The notes beneath the pieces are model-generated. The model saw only the letters and a list, made by a program, of their open reading frames with translations. It did no database searches and was not told where the DNA came from. A program made the translations under genes and the position numbers. DNA of 49,343 nucleotides from a virus (Duplodnaviria; Caudoviricetes): the IMG/VR virus record IMGVR_UViG_3300033143_003771, positions 1 to 49,343 of that record; one strand, 5' to 3'. Of the stretch, positions 8,690 through 18,981 are shown in pieces. How positions within the stretch are numbered: position 1 is the first letter of the stretch; each line of letters starts with the position of its first letter.

Positions 8690-9130
8690 TTAGGCGTCGG
8701 TGCGGTGGACGTAGACGCGGCAGGGAAACTCGGTATTCGAGTCACGCATGAATGACAGGTTGAGCTTCCCCGCGACGGGGATGATCTCTCGCGGGTACCC
8801 TGTCGCGATTCGTATTCCGTCGCCCTGTGAGCCGACCGACGTCGCGGACTTGATCCAGCCCCAAATGACATCACTCAGCGATCCACCGGCTGCCACGTCG
8901 GGCCAGATCTCGACGAGGTACTTCGCCCCGGCGACGAGATCGGTCGTTCCGTCGATCCGAACGGTCGTATTGACATCCACCGCAAGGCCCGCAGCGTCGA
9001 TGGGCGCATTGGCCACCGATGTCGTCCGCTCGACCGTGGCGTCGACTGCGACCTTCCCGCCGGAGATGACGCTATCAATCGCCTCGAAAATGTCCTGAAT
9101 CCACTGGATCAACTGCTTCGGGTTGGGCAT
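8690..9130 (-). CDS. Hypothetical tail-associated protein
   Basis: RBS AAGGAG; beta-rich ORF between tail fibre genes. Confidence 0.7.
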   Translation of the reverse strand: MPNPKQLIQWIQDIFEAIDSVISGGKVAVDATVERTTSVANAPIDAAGLAVDVNTTVRIDGTTDLVAGAKYLVEIWPDVAAGGSLSDVIWGWIKSATSVGSQGDGIRIATGYPREIIPVAGKLNLSFMRDSNTEFPCRVYVHRTDA

Positions 9131-9142
9131 TGTCTTCTCCTT

Positions 9143-9895
9143 CTAGGTCAGGGACGATGTATTCCATTTGTTGAGGCCGTGATAGGTGACGTTGAGGCGA
9201 ACGCCATAGACTGCATCGAGCAGCACCGACGGGTCGCTCGCGAAAATGACGATCACTAACTTGTGCAGTTCATGGGACCATGACGTATTGTTCTGGTCGC
9301 AGGTGAACGTATCGATCACCCTGTTTCCGGCCGAACTATGATTGATATACTGATACCCACTATTTAACGGCTGACATGTCTTCGCTGCTCCTCCACCAAT
9401 CCAGACCTGCCGAGCCACATAAAACCGCGCAGCGACGGTCATGCCGCCCCCCCCCGTGAGCCAGTCAATCTCAGCGGAGTTAAGCGTCATCCCTTCAGGC
9501 CAATCGCTAATCTCGAAGGCCAGGGCCGTCCCTACTGTTTGTGCTTTATAGCAAGCCTCGCCACCTGAATCACCGGGGTCGAACGGGTCGACTGCTGGAT
9601 TCCGCAGGCAATATATCCAATCACCAGGCGCCGCAAAATCCAGGTGAGCGATCAAATCAACCCAGATATCCTTGGTCGTCTGCTCCGTGTTCATCTGCTC
9701 ATCGAGGTAGCGAACCCAGAGCCCGTTGTACCGCTTCACCCAGTTATCATAGTTCCGCGGCGGTTTCTCCTGGTACCCCCAGCCATTGGTCTGCCACGAC
9801 CCGGGAGGCTCGATCGCGTTGTCCACGCCACTCACGGGGTCGACAGCGATTGTGGTCGCCCAATCGGGATAATATGAAGGTCTCGCGGTCGCCAT
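9143..9895 (-). CDS. Tail fibre/baseplate attachment protein
   Basis: N-terminal P.WAT...EPP...GW...EKPP...NW motif typical of myophage fibre anchors; follows baseplate wedge genes. Confidence 0.7.
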   Translation of the reverse strand: MATARPSYYPDWATTIAVDPVSGVDNAIEPPGSWQTNGWGYQEKPPRNYDNWVKRYNGLWVRYLDEQMNTEQTTKDIWVDLIAHLDFAAPGDWIYCLRNPAVDPFDPGDSGGEACYKAQTVGTALAFEISDWPEGMTLNSAEIDWLTGGGGMTVAARFYVARQVWIGGGAAKTCQPLNSGYQYINHSSAGNRVIDTFTCDQNNTSWSHELHKLVIVIFASDPSVLLDAVYGVRLNVTYHGLNKWNTSSLT

Positions 9896-9898
9896 CTT

Positions 9899-10528
9899 CT
9901 AGTCTCCTGTGTCGAAAACCTCAGTGAAGCACCCACCCTCGGCCGGATAACTGACCTCTCCCCAACCATCGCCATAGTCCAGTTCTTCGCCGTGCCCGTC
10001 CCCAGCCGCATCGCGATCAACGCCAAACACAAACGGATCGGGATCAACGCTCCCCGTCGCCACCACCTTGACGCCTCCGGTCGCGGCTTGCTGTACCTTG
10101 TGCAGTAGGCTGATCCGCCCAGGCCGGTGGGAGTACAGCAGCGCGGTTGCAGGCTGGCGCTGGGTATACTCGATGAACTCCGCGCTAGTAATGCGCCGGC
10201 AGATATCGATCAGACGCTCGGTCTGCCCGATGGATGAGTTGATCGCCACCTGCATGTACAGGTCGGCCCGGTAGCTCTCGTCGGCGATGTATGTCCGGGG
10301 AAGACCGAGGTGCTGCCCGATATCTTCCAAGAGCTGCCCAGTGGCCACGCTCAGCGCCCGGGACGTCAGGAGCGCCCAGAGAGCATCTTCGGTCTCCTGG
10401 AGGCCCGCTCCATCGCCCCCCACCAACGCTGTGATCAACGCCTGCAGGTTCTCAGAAATCTCGAACTGCGACGGAAGCAGAGCGATAGCATTGCCCGCCA
10501 TGTCGTCATCGTGCGAGGGATAGGTCAT
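9899..10528 (-). CDS. Baseplate wedge protein (DUF2612/gpI-like)
   Basis: LLPSQF, ATGQLLEDIGQHLGLPR, DESYR motifs; directly after baseplate J; ATGA overlap. Confidence 0.8.
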   Translation of the reverse strand: MTYPSHDDDMAGNAIALLPSQFEISENLQALITALVGGDGAGLQETEDALWALLTSRALSVATGQLLEDIGQHLGLPRTYIADESYRADLYMQVAINSSIGQTERLIDICRRITSAEFIEYTQRQPATALLYSHRPGRISLLHKVQQAATGGVKVVATGSVDPDPFVFGVDRDAAGDGHGEELDYGDGWGEVSYPAEGGCFTEVFDTGD

Positions 10529-12021
10529 GTCGTCACCGTCACTCGGGTAGCCGCGAAGACCGCCCATTCGTCCCTGGCGATAGTCCAGGGAGTCGCCTGG
10601 TAGGCCCCAGGAGCTCCAGCCCCGTTGTCCTCGGCCACCTCAATTAGCAATGTCCGAATACCGGGTACCGCGTCAAAGATGGCACCGGGGAACCGCTGCG
10701 GGAGCACGTCTTGACCAGGGCGCAGCGCCTGTCCGAAGGTCAGCGCCGCTGTCCCGATCAGGCTCGGACCATCAGGGGGGAACGTCTCGCCGTCGTCCGT
10801 GTTCACCGCGTAAGTCGCCCGTACCCACATCAGTACCTCAGAAGGCCGCGAGAACCTCACGGTTTGCGAGAACCCCTCGGAATCCACCACGGTAGTCGAC
10901 ACCGCGCCGTTCATGTAGATCCCGCCACCGCAGTTTTCCCAGAGCACCGCGGCGATGTCGTCAGTGTCGCCACCCACGACGATCGCTTTGATCGAGTGCG
11001 GGAGCAGCCCGTCGCCGTCGGTAACGTCAGTCACGTTTTGCATCACCGAAGCCTGGGTCACTCCGTCCACCTCGAGGAGCCGCGCGCGGATGGCATCAGG
11101 AGTCGTCGACCCGGGGCGGGCCAGGGACTGAGCTCGGCGCAGGCGACCCTGTGCGTCGGCCTCCTCTACCTGGCCGTTCGCGGCTTCGAAGATGTTTCGT
11201 GCGGATACCAGCCCCGGGGCACCCACCACGATATCGGTAAGCTTGTTGACATAGGCGATCACTTGCCCCGCCGCCTCGGCCTCAAAGTTCACCAGGGCAG
11301 AGACGCTAGTCAGCGTGAAGTTGTCGCCCGCAACGGCGACGGTGAATGTGCTGGCTTTCACCTCAGCCTCCGTCGCCAATCCGATGATCGCATCGGAAAT
11401 CGCGTCGGTGACCAGGTAGAGCTCAGCATCGATATCCCCCACCGCGGCTGTCACCGGATCGACTCCGGCGAGGATGAGATCACGGATGGCTGCGATTACC
11501 TGAGCCTGGGTCTTCGCGACGGCGGCATAAGTGTAATCGTGCCCGTTGATCGTAACGGTGAACGTGTCCGTAATCGGCTCAGCCTCAGAGAGCACGATCC
11601 GCGCCTCGCATGCGTTGTCTTGGGTGGCTTGCACTTCGGCGCTGGGGGAGAACCTGTCTCCGTTCCCCACCGTAGCGACGACCACGCTGGTCCCAATCGT
11701 CGTTCCAATGGCACACTTGCAGATCACGGTGGTATCGCTTTTCACGGCTTCCTCCCGCCGCAGACCGATCATCTCCAGGCAGCCATCGAAGGCCGCTCCG
11801 AATGAAGAGTTGGGATAGGCGGCGTTGTAAACCGCCTCGGCCATCTCCCAGACATCCGCCATCGGCTGAGCGAAGCAGCCAATGAGCTTCCCGAAGACGC
11901 TCTTCGCATCAACATTGATATCCGTCCCGAAGGCATCCTTCATCCGGCTCTCAAGCTCAGCGACGATCGCGAGCAACGGCTTTTTGACAAACCCTGTCGC
12001 AGTTACACCGTAAGTCGTCAT
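10525..12021 (-). CDS. Baseplate J/gp47-like wedge protein with inserted domain
   Basis: YGVTATGF N-terminus, NVTDVTDGDGLLPHSI, VVGGDTDDIA, VRFSRP motifs. Confidence 0.9.
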   Translation of the reverse strand: MTTYGVTATGFVKKPLLAIVAELESRMKDAFGTDINVDAKSVFGKLIGCFAQPMADVWEMAEAVYNAAYPNSSFGAAFDGCLEMIGLRREEAVKSDTTVICKCAIGTTIGTSVVVATVGNGDRFSPSAEVQATQDNACEARIVLSEAEPITDTFTVTINGHDYTYAAVAKTQAQVIAAIRDLILAGVDPVTAAVGDIDAELYLVTDAISDAIIGLATEAEVKASTFTVAVAGDNFTLTSVSALVNFEAEAAGQVIAYVNKLTDIVVGAPGLVSARNIFEAANGQVEEADAQGRLRRAQSLARPGSTTPDAIRARLLEVDGVTQASVMQNVTDVTDGDGLLPHSIKAIVVGGDTDDIAAVLWENCGGGIYMNGAVSTTVVDSEGFSQTVRFSRPSEVLMWVRATYAVNTDDGETFPPDGPSLIGTAALTFGQALRPGQDVLPQRFPGAIFDAVPGIRTLLIEVAEDNGAGAPGAYQATPWTIARDEWAVFAATRVTVTT

Positions 12022-12377
12022 GGGAATACCTCATCGACATTGACCACACCCTCGCTGCTGACCGCCTTGTAGGTGATAGTCAACGAGCGTGTGGCCCGTT
12101 CATCGGACATCGAGAAAGATGTTATTGAGTCGATTTCCCCGTCATTCAGGATGTCCTGGCGAAAAATAGCCTCGATAGTGGATGTCCTGGGCTGGTCGGT
12201 CAAGATCTGCGTCCAGTAGGGGATCCCCGATTCTGGGTAGAGGTAATCTTCCCCGCGGAAGAGACGCTGGCCCACCAGCAACCGCTGTTTGACCCGATCG
12301 ACTCCAGTTACCAGAGACAGATCGTGATCCTCCACCCCGATGTCCCGCCCGTCGAGCTTGAGATCAATCTTGGCCAT
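12018..12377 (-). CDS. Baseplate wedge/sheath initiator protein (gp25/gp46-like)
   Basis: DLKLD..D, V.QRL...LFRGE.YL...GIPY motif; start at 12377 overlaps upstream TAA. Confidence 0.8.
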   Translation of the reverse strand: MAKIDLKLDGRDIGVEDHDLSLVTGVDRVKQRLLVGQRLFRGEDYLYPESGIPYWTQILTDQPRTSTIEAIFRQDILNDGEIDSITSFSMSDERATRSLTITYKAVSSEGVVNVDEVFP

Positions 12378-13030
12378 TAGTCCACCTTGACCTTCGTCGA
12401 AAACGTCAGGGCTCCCACGAATGCCGCAATGGCATTGGCGAGGGTACAGCATGAATTTATTTCGGTGGCCGGAGGGAGGGCTTTCATGACAGCCTGGAGC
12501 GCCTGACATGCGGCGGTCGCCTTGACCGCCGCATCGATTGCCGCCGCACTCCCCAGCCTCACATCGGTGTGAGACAACACGATTGCGTCCTCTGCGCCAC
12601 TCTCCGCTTCGTGGGGGGCAAAGGGGAGCGCCACCGCGTCTGTAGGGTCGTGGGTGCGAGGATCGAGCGCCTTGACCTGCTTGGTGCCGTCGGACCCCGA
12701 CCACTCGTCAAGCGATCGGTTTGCGTAGACCAGCAGGGCCGCTGTCTCCGCGGTGATTGGGATTTGGAGGTAAGCATCCCCTGACCGGAGTTGCAGCATC
12801 CGAACGTCGGGGAGCATCGGTTCCGCGTCCTCGCCAGCCTTGCCCACCACGGGCTTAGCCTGGCATGTCCCGTCGGCCATATCCACGGGACCGAGGACGC
12901 AGGGCGCTGAGACGTGCAGATCGGCCGCCGCCGCCCGAGACGCCTGCTCAAGCACCTGCGACAGATCCGGCTCGCCCTCCTCATCCTCAAGGAATTGCGC
13001 TTCGTCCAGAACTGTGGTCCGCTCGCTCAT
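12377..13030 (-). CDS. Baseplate central spike (Gp138-N-like OB fold)
   Basis: LHVSAPC, LPDV, LLVYANRSLDEW, RTHDPTDAVALP motifs; synteny. Confidence 0.8.
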   Translation of the reverse strand: MSERTTVLDEAQFLEDEEGEPDLSQVLEQASRAAAADLHVSAPCVLGPVDMADGTCQAKPVVGKAGEDAEPMLPDVRMLQLRSGDAYLQIPITAETAALLVYANRSLDEWSGSDGTKQVKALDPRTHDPTDAVALPFAPHEAESGAEDAIVLSHTDVRLGSAAAIDAAVKATAACQALQAVMKALPPATEINSCCTLANAIAAFVGALTFSTKVKVD

Positions 13031-13851
13031 ATAGTCTTAGCCTCCATCGTACTAAACCACTCCCTCCCGTGAGTGTCTCCTTCGTGCTTCACTGAAACCG
13101 TTTTGAAATATCCTTTCGCGAAATCCGACCTGACGTCCAGAATTACTCCAGGAAGGATGTCGGGTCGGAGCAGAGATTTTACTTTGCACCCCACGTTAGT
13201 CTTCGTCGGGGAGCCGATCATGCCGCTGGTGGGGGAGAGCACGACGGCCATCACCTGCGGCCGGCTGCTCTGGTTTCGGTCCAGCACCTGGGCGGCTCCG
13301 TCCTGGACGCTCCATTCAAAGTACCAGGAGCGCCCCAGCTTATCCAGAGCCCGCCTCGAGCTCCCCGTGAAGGCGATCTTGTGCGAGGTCACCCCGGACA
13401 GCCCAGAGGCCACTAGGGCGCCGATAGAGACGTCTGGCATGGTACCGAGGATGTCCTGCACAATTCTTTTCCGAGACGCCCCGGCGGCGTAGGTCTTGCG
13501 GAACTCCGACTCATCGAGCCCCCGTCCCCCGTCTCTGAGCTCCATTTCTGTGACGACGTTGGGAGATTCCGCAGAGTGTTCTACCCGCTGAATCACCCCG
13601 GATGCCAAGAGTGGCATCGACTTTCCGTACCCGGCTTTCAGGATGATCGCCTGCTTCTTCGCCTTGATCGCCAGCCGGTGGTCCCGGGAGAGGTTGTAGA
13701 CCCGGACGTTGGCCTTGTTGGGCGCTGATGCGCTCTTCTTGCTGACGTCGAAGACCACCCGGAGCCCGGACACATTGAAGCCGAGCCCGCCGTCGATCGG
13801 GGCGATCACCAGGGATGCAACGCGATCAAATTGCTGATTCCCTGAGTTCAT
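13027..13851 (-). CDS. Baseplate hub protein
   Basis: LRVVFDV.K, PNKA...YNLS, LKAGY, WSVQDG, GMIGSP, H.GDTHG.EW motifs. Confidence 0.85.
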   Translation of the reverse strand: MNSGNQQFDRVASLVIAPIDGGLGFNVSGLRVVFDVSKKSASAPNKANVRVYNLSRDHRLAIKAKKQAIILKAGYGKSMPLLASGVIQRVEHSAESPNVVTEMELRDGGRGLDESEFRKTYAAGASRKRIVQDILGTMPDVSIGALVASGLSGVTSHKIAFTGSSRRALDKLGRSWYFEWSVQDGAAQVLDRNQSSRPQVMAVVLSPTSGMIGSPTKTNVGCKVKSLLRPDILPGVILDVRSDFAKGYFKTVSVKHEGDTHGREWFSTMEAKTI

Positions 13852-15218
13852 GTGCTCTCCGGGAAGTAGAGCAGCTTGACGCGATCCCCCAGTTCATCCG
13901 GCTCGGTCATCTCCTCGCCGCCCCCGCGGGTATCGAAAGCGATTAGGTCGCCTGGAGGCATTTCCGAACTGACGTATCGAGAAAGAAGGGGGGTATCCAC
14001 CACGACGGGGACACCGGACACTAGTGGATCGCCAGTCGCCGTAAGCAACGATAGATACCAGCGAGCATCCCGCGTGTTCCATGAAAGCTCGATCGCATAG
14101 GTGGTCCCATCTAGCAGAATCTGGGCGCGAAAGTTGGTCACGTCAGCGGGGACCACGATCAACTGAGCATCTACGGGAGCAACTTCGGCCGTCGGGGTGA
14201 ATGCCTCAACGGCGGCATGAAGAGTGCCTTGGTATATTACGAGGCGGTCCCATTCGCCAGTAATCGCCGGATGGCTGCCCCAATTTTTCACGAACAGCCC
14301 GATCTTGTTTGGAGCGAAAGCGATCATCGTCCCCCAAAGCTGCACCCACGTCTCGCCATCGTCGATGCTATATTCGAAGAACAGTGCGCCGGAATCCACA
14401 TGGTAGATAATTCGCTGAAGAAGTGGAGTGACGCCCGGATCCGACAGGGTCACCCGAGCCACCGCCTGGTCTGTCGAATCTGCGATAATCGTGCTGACCG
14501 CCAAAACCCATGTATCGCTCAAGTCGAACAAGTAAGCATTATTTCGATCCAGCCAGAGCACTAGTCCCGCCACTAAATCTCCGGTGCCGGTGAGCCCTGT
14601 CATTTTGGACTCGTATGCTTGAATCCCCACGGGAGAGATGGAGCGAGAAAGAACCGGCGCATATTCAAGAGCGCCAGACCACCAGTCTGCATTGCTTCCG
14701 CCACCCACCGGCATGGTGAGAGTGCCCCCCGCCTCGGTGGGCACACAAATACCGAGGGGGTCGCTTTCGTCCAACGTGACCGACCCGTCGTCAAAGTCGT
14801 CGCGGAATATCTCGGCCCACGACGTGTATTCGTCGACAGCTTCCACGGCGGAAGGCGGAACGGTTGACGCCGTCTCCTCCGCTCTAGCACTAGGCTCCGC
14901 TTCAATCCCCGACGGGAAGTAAAGCAGCTTGACCCGGTCGCCGAGTTCATCGGGTTCAACGATCTCCTCACTACCGCCCCGCGTGTCGAACGCGATCAGG
15001 TCGCCGTGAGGCATTTCCGAACTGGAATGACGGGAAAACAGCGGGGTGTCCACCACGATGGGCACTCCTGTTACCAGTGGGTCGCCGTTCATGTTTCCCA
15101 GCGCGGCATACCAACGGCCGTCCCTGGTGTTCCATGCGAGATCCAGGACATAGCTTGCTCCGTCAAGGGAGATAACGGAGCGGAAGTTGGTATCAGAGCC
15201 ATCCACCTCTATCAGTTC
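13848..15218 (-). repeat. Intragenic duplication of ~100-codon plug-like domain (about 13848-14165 and 14907-15218)
   Basis: Gapless 93-aa alignment with 68 identities counted by hand. Confidence 0.95.
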
Positions 15219-16712
15219 GGCGGATCCAGTGCCGACCACTGCGGCGGCTCCACCATCCGCGTATGCAGACCGCAAGACCTCGATGTACTCCGTTTTCTCC
15301 TCCGAATCAGAACCCTGAGCGTTCGATGCAATCAACTCCACATCGTAGACGCCGGGGATCTCATAATCGTGTGTCGGGTTCTGTTCTGACGAAGTTTTCC
15401 CGTCGCCGAAGTCCCAAGCCCATGAAGTGGGAGCATATAGCGACCGATCCTCGAATTCCACGGAGAGGATAGGTAGCCCAGAGACCGGACGCCCTCTAAA
15501 TGCAGCGACGGGGGGTAACGCCGGAAGGACAAAAACGCCATCCATGTAGGAGATGCCCGCGCCCCCCACCAACGCCTTGACGCTATGCTCATCCCAGCCA
15601 GTACCGTTCCAATAACACATCAACCCGCCAACTGCTCCGACATCATATGCAGCCATCCAGATATGATCGCCGTCGATGCTCCCATCGATCCCAAAGTTCT
15701 TCCAGTTCTTACCTGGAGCAGCTGCGGGATAGTAGATCCACGAAGAGCCATCATAGTAAGCGGTGCGCGAGGTCGCCGCAGTCAGTAACGTTGACCCGAT
15801 CCAGATTCTACCATTGCGCACCAGGAGCCTGGGCTCGTCGGTGGTTTGCTGTCCAATCCCGACGAGGTAGTGATCCGGGGACGGAAACGCATCGCAGGTG
15901 AAATAAGCGGGGAGCACCTGCCCAGTGTCCGACGATCGCCCCGTAGATCGGTAGACCTGGACCGGCCGGTCCCCACTCACCCAGGCGGCATTGCCAACGG
16001 CCATCCAGAAGTAGTCGCTGACTGGATCGTGCGCGACTGCGGCGGGCCGATCAAACCATGGCGTGAAAGGTGGAGGGGGTGGAGGAGTCCCCGGAGCTAG
16101 ACCGTTGCGATACCGGGCAAGATGGGTGGTGCCGTATTGCCGATAAAGCGACCAGCCCGGCCAGTTTGTGACGTCATTGAATGCCACGCCGACATACGGC
16201 GAGCCCTGGCCGGCGTGCTCACCGTGAATCCCGATGTTCATATCCGCCGCAACATGGTCGGTTATGGCCATTGCAAATGGCCTCGTTCCGCTTATCCCCG
16301 TTCCGAAAGTATCGTACACCGCCCATGCGCTGCCGTCGTAGCGATAGAAAGCGGGGTCGTAGACCCCAAAGTTAGTGCGGCCGACGATGATTGCTGTTCC
16401 GTCAGACAGCACCTTCAGTTCCATGCACTGGCAGGGGATCGTCCCATAGGTGGTAAACGTGTCGGTGTCGGCGTCGTAGTGCTCCAGGAGAGTCAGCCCG
16501 TTGGGAGTCCCTGGAGAGCACGCCTCGACGTAGGCAAGCCAGATGTCCGACGAGCGGGAACCATGGATGAACAGCATCTGTTCACCGCCGCCGCCGACGG
16601 GATAGCCATTGTTTCGCAGGCTGGCAATTGCCCACGATGTGCCGTTGAAGTACAGCACCGCCGGCCCCCCCGAGCACCGCCCCACTGCCCAAGCTCGGTT
16701 GGGGACCGCCAT
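13848..16712 (-). CDS. Multidomain baseplate protein: beta-propeller-like repeats + PKD + two baseplate plug-like domains flanking a lectin-like domain
   Basis: YxGxxW repeats; PKD motif WAWDFGDG..S.EQNPTH.Y..PG.Y.V.L; duplicated LDG..Y..L.WN.R..RWY domain; sits between Dit-like and hub genes. Confidence 0.8.
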   Translation of the reverse strand: MAVPNRAWAVGRCSGGPAVLYFNGTSWAIASLRNNGYPVGGGGEQMLFIHGSRSSDIWLAYVEACSPGTPNGLTLLEHYDADTDTFTTYGTIPCQCMELKVLSDGTAIIVGRTNFGVYDPAFYRYDGSAWAVYDTFGTGISGTRPFAMAITDHVAADMNIGIHGEHAGQGSPYVGVAFNDVTNWPGWSLYRQYGTTHLARYRNGLAPGTPPPPPPFTPWFDRPAAVAHDPVSDYFWMAVGNAAWVSGDRPVQVYRSTGRSSDTGQVLPAYFTCDAFPSPDHYLVGIGQQTTDEPRLLVRNGRIWIGSTLLTAATSRTAYYDGSSWIYYPAAAPGKNWKNFGIDGSIDGDHIWMAAYDVGAVGGLMCYWNGTGWDEHSVKALVGGAGISYMDGVFVLPALPPVAAFRGRPVSGLPILSVEFEDRSLYAPTSWAWDFGDGKTSSEQNPTHDYEIPGVYDVELIASNAQGSDSEEKTEYIEVLRSAYADGGAAAVVGTGSAELIEVDGSDTNFRSVISLDGASYVLDLAWNTRDGRWYAALGNMNGDPLVTGVPIVVDTPLFSRHSSSEMPHGDLIAFDTRGGSEEIVEPDELGDRVKLLYFPSGIEAEPSARAEETASTVPPSAVEAVDEYTSWAEIFRDDFDDGSVTLDESDPLGICVPTEAGGTLTMPVGGGSNADWWSGALEYAPVLSRSISPVGIQAYESKMTGLTGTGDLVAGLVLWLDRNNAYLFDLSDTWVLAVSTIIADSTDQAVARVTLSDPGVTPLLQRIIYHVDSGALFFEYSIDDGETWVQLWGTMIAFAPNKIGLFVKNWGSHPAITGEWDRLVIYQGTLHAAVEAFTPTAEVAPVDAQLIVVPADVTNFRAQILLDGTTYAIELSWNTRDARWYLSLLTATGDPLVSGVPVVVDTPLLSRYVSSEMPPGDLIAFDTRGGGEEMTEPDELGDRVKLLYFPEST

Positions 16713-17383
16713 TACGGCTTCTTCCCGGCCGCGGCGGCAGCCATCGCGGCATCTGCATCCGCCTTGGTCATGGTCCCCTTCTCAACCTTGACCTGCAACT
16801 GGTAACGGAGCTTTTGCTGTCGCGTCGTCTCCGTCTTCTTCCCTCTTGGTTTGCGCTTCAGCCTAGCAACATCCATCGGGGGCAGAGTGGCACTTTCCGT
16901 ATAGACAACAGAAATATGCTTCAACGACAACGAGAAATTGAGCGCGATCCCCGTATCGCGAGCGCGTGGGATCTCCAATGACGTGATGATCATGTCATCG
17001 AAAATTTGATACTCAGTGACGATGGTCAGCGGTTGCCGGTTACGATATGCGGACGTGAGGAGATCATATGCACTCTGAATGCGAACGGGCATCCCTGGTC
17101 GGCGCTCAGCATTGGCATCGCCACGAAGGCCGAGCGGGGATGTGGATTCCCCTGCGGCGTCCAGTGGGGCGTTCGACACCATCCCCTCAACGTCTAATTC
17201 ATTAGGTTCGAGGCGGACGTGATCACCGATCTCCTCCCCGCCTTCGACGGGAAAACTAGTAACCTCTGCCCCAAATCGGTAGGTGCGAGTGGTAACCACG
17301 TCGATTGGGATCTCTGCCAGGGTATCGACCAGCCCGTCATTCGTGGGATCGGTGAGCAAGATCACGAAGAACGGCTTGATCAT
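16712..17383 (-). CDS. Dit-like tail tube initiator/baseplate protein
   Basis: VTSFPVEGG..I.DH...P.EL..EG.VS..P motif; follows tape measure. Confidence 0.8.
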   Translation of the reverse strand: MIKPFFVILLTDPTNDGLVDTLAEIPIDVVTTRTYRFGAEVTSFPVEGGEEIGDHVRLEPNELDVEGMVSNAPLDAAGESTSPLGLRGDANAERRPGMPVRIQSAYDLLTSAYRNRQPLTIVTEYQIFDDMIITSLEIPRARDTGIALNFSLSLKHISVVYTESATLPPMDVARLKRKPRGKKTETTRQQKLRYQLQVKVEKGTMTKADADAAMAAAAAGKKP

Positions 17384-18981
17384 CTGGCATCCCCCATGGC
17401 TCGGCGGAATGTGTTGGCCATGGACGCCCCAGTTTTATCGGCTACCTGCTTCGCTATCCGTTCGGGAGTGCCTGGCTGGACACTGACGTTGATTTGAGGG
17501 GAGATCGTGTTTGTAGTGACACGCGACGGTGCTTGAGCGAGAGCCAGATTGAGCTGGCGCACAATCTCGGGCATCATCTTCTCTTGCTCGCCCTTGGAAA
17601 TCCCCAGGCGTCCAGCCTGCGCGGATAGCCGACCAACGATATTCTCTCGCGTCAACTTCATCCGCTTGCCGCCCTCGATACCGACGGAGGTGCGCCCTGA
17701 CTTGATCATGTCGGCGTACATCTTAACCTGATCTTTTAGACCAGCTTGCAACTCAAGTTTCCCCGCCATCAACCGTTTAATCTCTGACATCTTTTTCAAT
17801 GGACCAACAAGCGCGTCCGACCACCGCTCCGACGCGCCTGTCCACTTGTCGATCATCGTCCCAACCGTCCACCCAACTCCCGCAGCAGCGCCGATAAGCC
17901 CGAGTTTTCCTAGAACTCCATTGAGGGCGCCTATCGCCCCCGGCCCCCCCTTGGCCATGGAGAAAAGCCCGCCCGCCACCTTCCCCAGAACTCCCGCAAC
18001 TGGCGCGAGCTTCGATGCGATGCTCATACCGATTAGCGTAATGAACAGCCACTTGATCGCAGTACCGTGGCGTATCACCCACGCCATAGCGTTTACAACG
18101 CCTTCTAGCGCAACGGTCAGCTTTCCGAACAGATCCTTTTCTTTGATAACAGTGAACAAATCCTTGAACGCCCGGCCAATCTTCAACGCAATTTCGTGTA
18201 ACCGTTGAGAGATAAACTCCCGATTCGCCGCAACCCATTCCTTCATCGAAGAGATCGCATCTTTAAAAACGGGGAACAGTTCAGACGCGAACCCGAACAC
18301 CACGCCCTTGATGGTGCTTTTGAGTCGCGTCATCTCGTCGTTGAACTCTTCCGCCGCCGCAACCCCTTTGCCCCCCACTACAAGACCGAGCTTCTTCGCC
18401 TCCCCCATCATTTCCGCCAGGGCGAACCGACCACCCTCGAGCATGGGCATGACCTCGATCCCCGCACGCCCCAAAAGCCGCATGGCAACCTCGGTACGTT
18501 CCGGCCCCTCCTCCATGTCGGCCATGGCGCCAAGGGTCTCTCGAAGGAGATCTGTCGTGCTCTTAAAGTTGCCTCCCGCATCCTTGACGGACACCCCGAG
18601 CTTCCGGAACGAATCGATAGAGTCCTTACTCCCCTTCGCTGCCATGATGGCTTGCTGTGCAAGCGTCTTCAGCCCGAGCGGAAGCGTCTCGATGTTCACA
18701 TCAGACAGATCTGCAGCATGCTTGAATTGCTGGAGCAGTTCAGTACTGATTCCAGTCCGCTTAGACAGCTTACCGATCTTGTCCAGACTGTCAGCAACGC
18801 CGGTGGTCAGTCGGTAAATCCCATATCCGGCTGCGGATGCTCCGGCCGTCAGAATGCCCAGCCCACCGGCGGCGAGGGAAGCGGCGCGTTTGACTGAGCG
18901 CAATGTGGACTCGAAGCGCTTGACCTTATCGGTGTCGCTTTTGAAGACCCACTTTGTGATCAGCTCTCTAACGGTGGTCAT
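17380..18981 (-). CDS. Tail tape measure protein
   Basis: Helical Ala/Gly/Lys-rich protein, LSKRTGIS.E.LQ, F.KLGVSV.D motifs; follows tail chaperone. Confidence 0.85.
   Translation of the reverse strand: MTTVRELITKWVFKSDTDKVKRFESTLRSVKRAASLAAGGLGILTAGASAAGYGIYRLTTGVADSLDKIGKLSKRTGISTELLQQFKHAADLSDVNIETLPLGLKTLAQQAIMAAKGSKDSIDSFRKLGVSVKDAGGNFKSTTDLLRETLGAMADMEEGPERTEVAMRLLGRAGIEVMPMLEGGRFALAEMMGEAKKLGLVVGGKGVAAAEEFNDEMTRLKSTIKGVVFGFASELFPVFKDAISSMKEWVAANREFISQRLHEIALKIGRAFKDLFTVIKEKDLFGKLTVALEGVVNAMAWVIRHGTAIKWLFITLIGMSIASKLAPVAGVLGKVAGGLFSMAKGGPGAIGALNGVLGKLGLIGAAAGVGWTVGTMIDKWTGASERWSDALVGPLKKMSEIKRLMAGKLELQAGLKDQVKMYADMIKSGRTSVGIEGGKRMKLTRENIVGRLSAQAGRLGISKGEQEKMMPEIVRQLNLALAQAPSRVTTNTISPQINVSVQPGTPERIAKQVADKTGASMANTFRRAMGDAR

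Noticed and set aside
13848-15218. DGR template/variable repeat pair
   Set aside because: Both copies are in-frame coding, differences are not limited to adenines, and no reverse transcriptase is in the window
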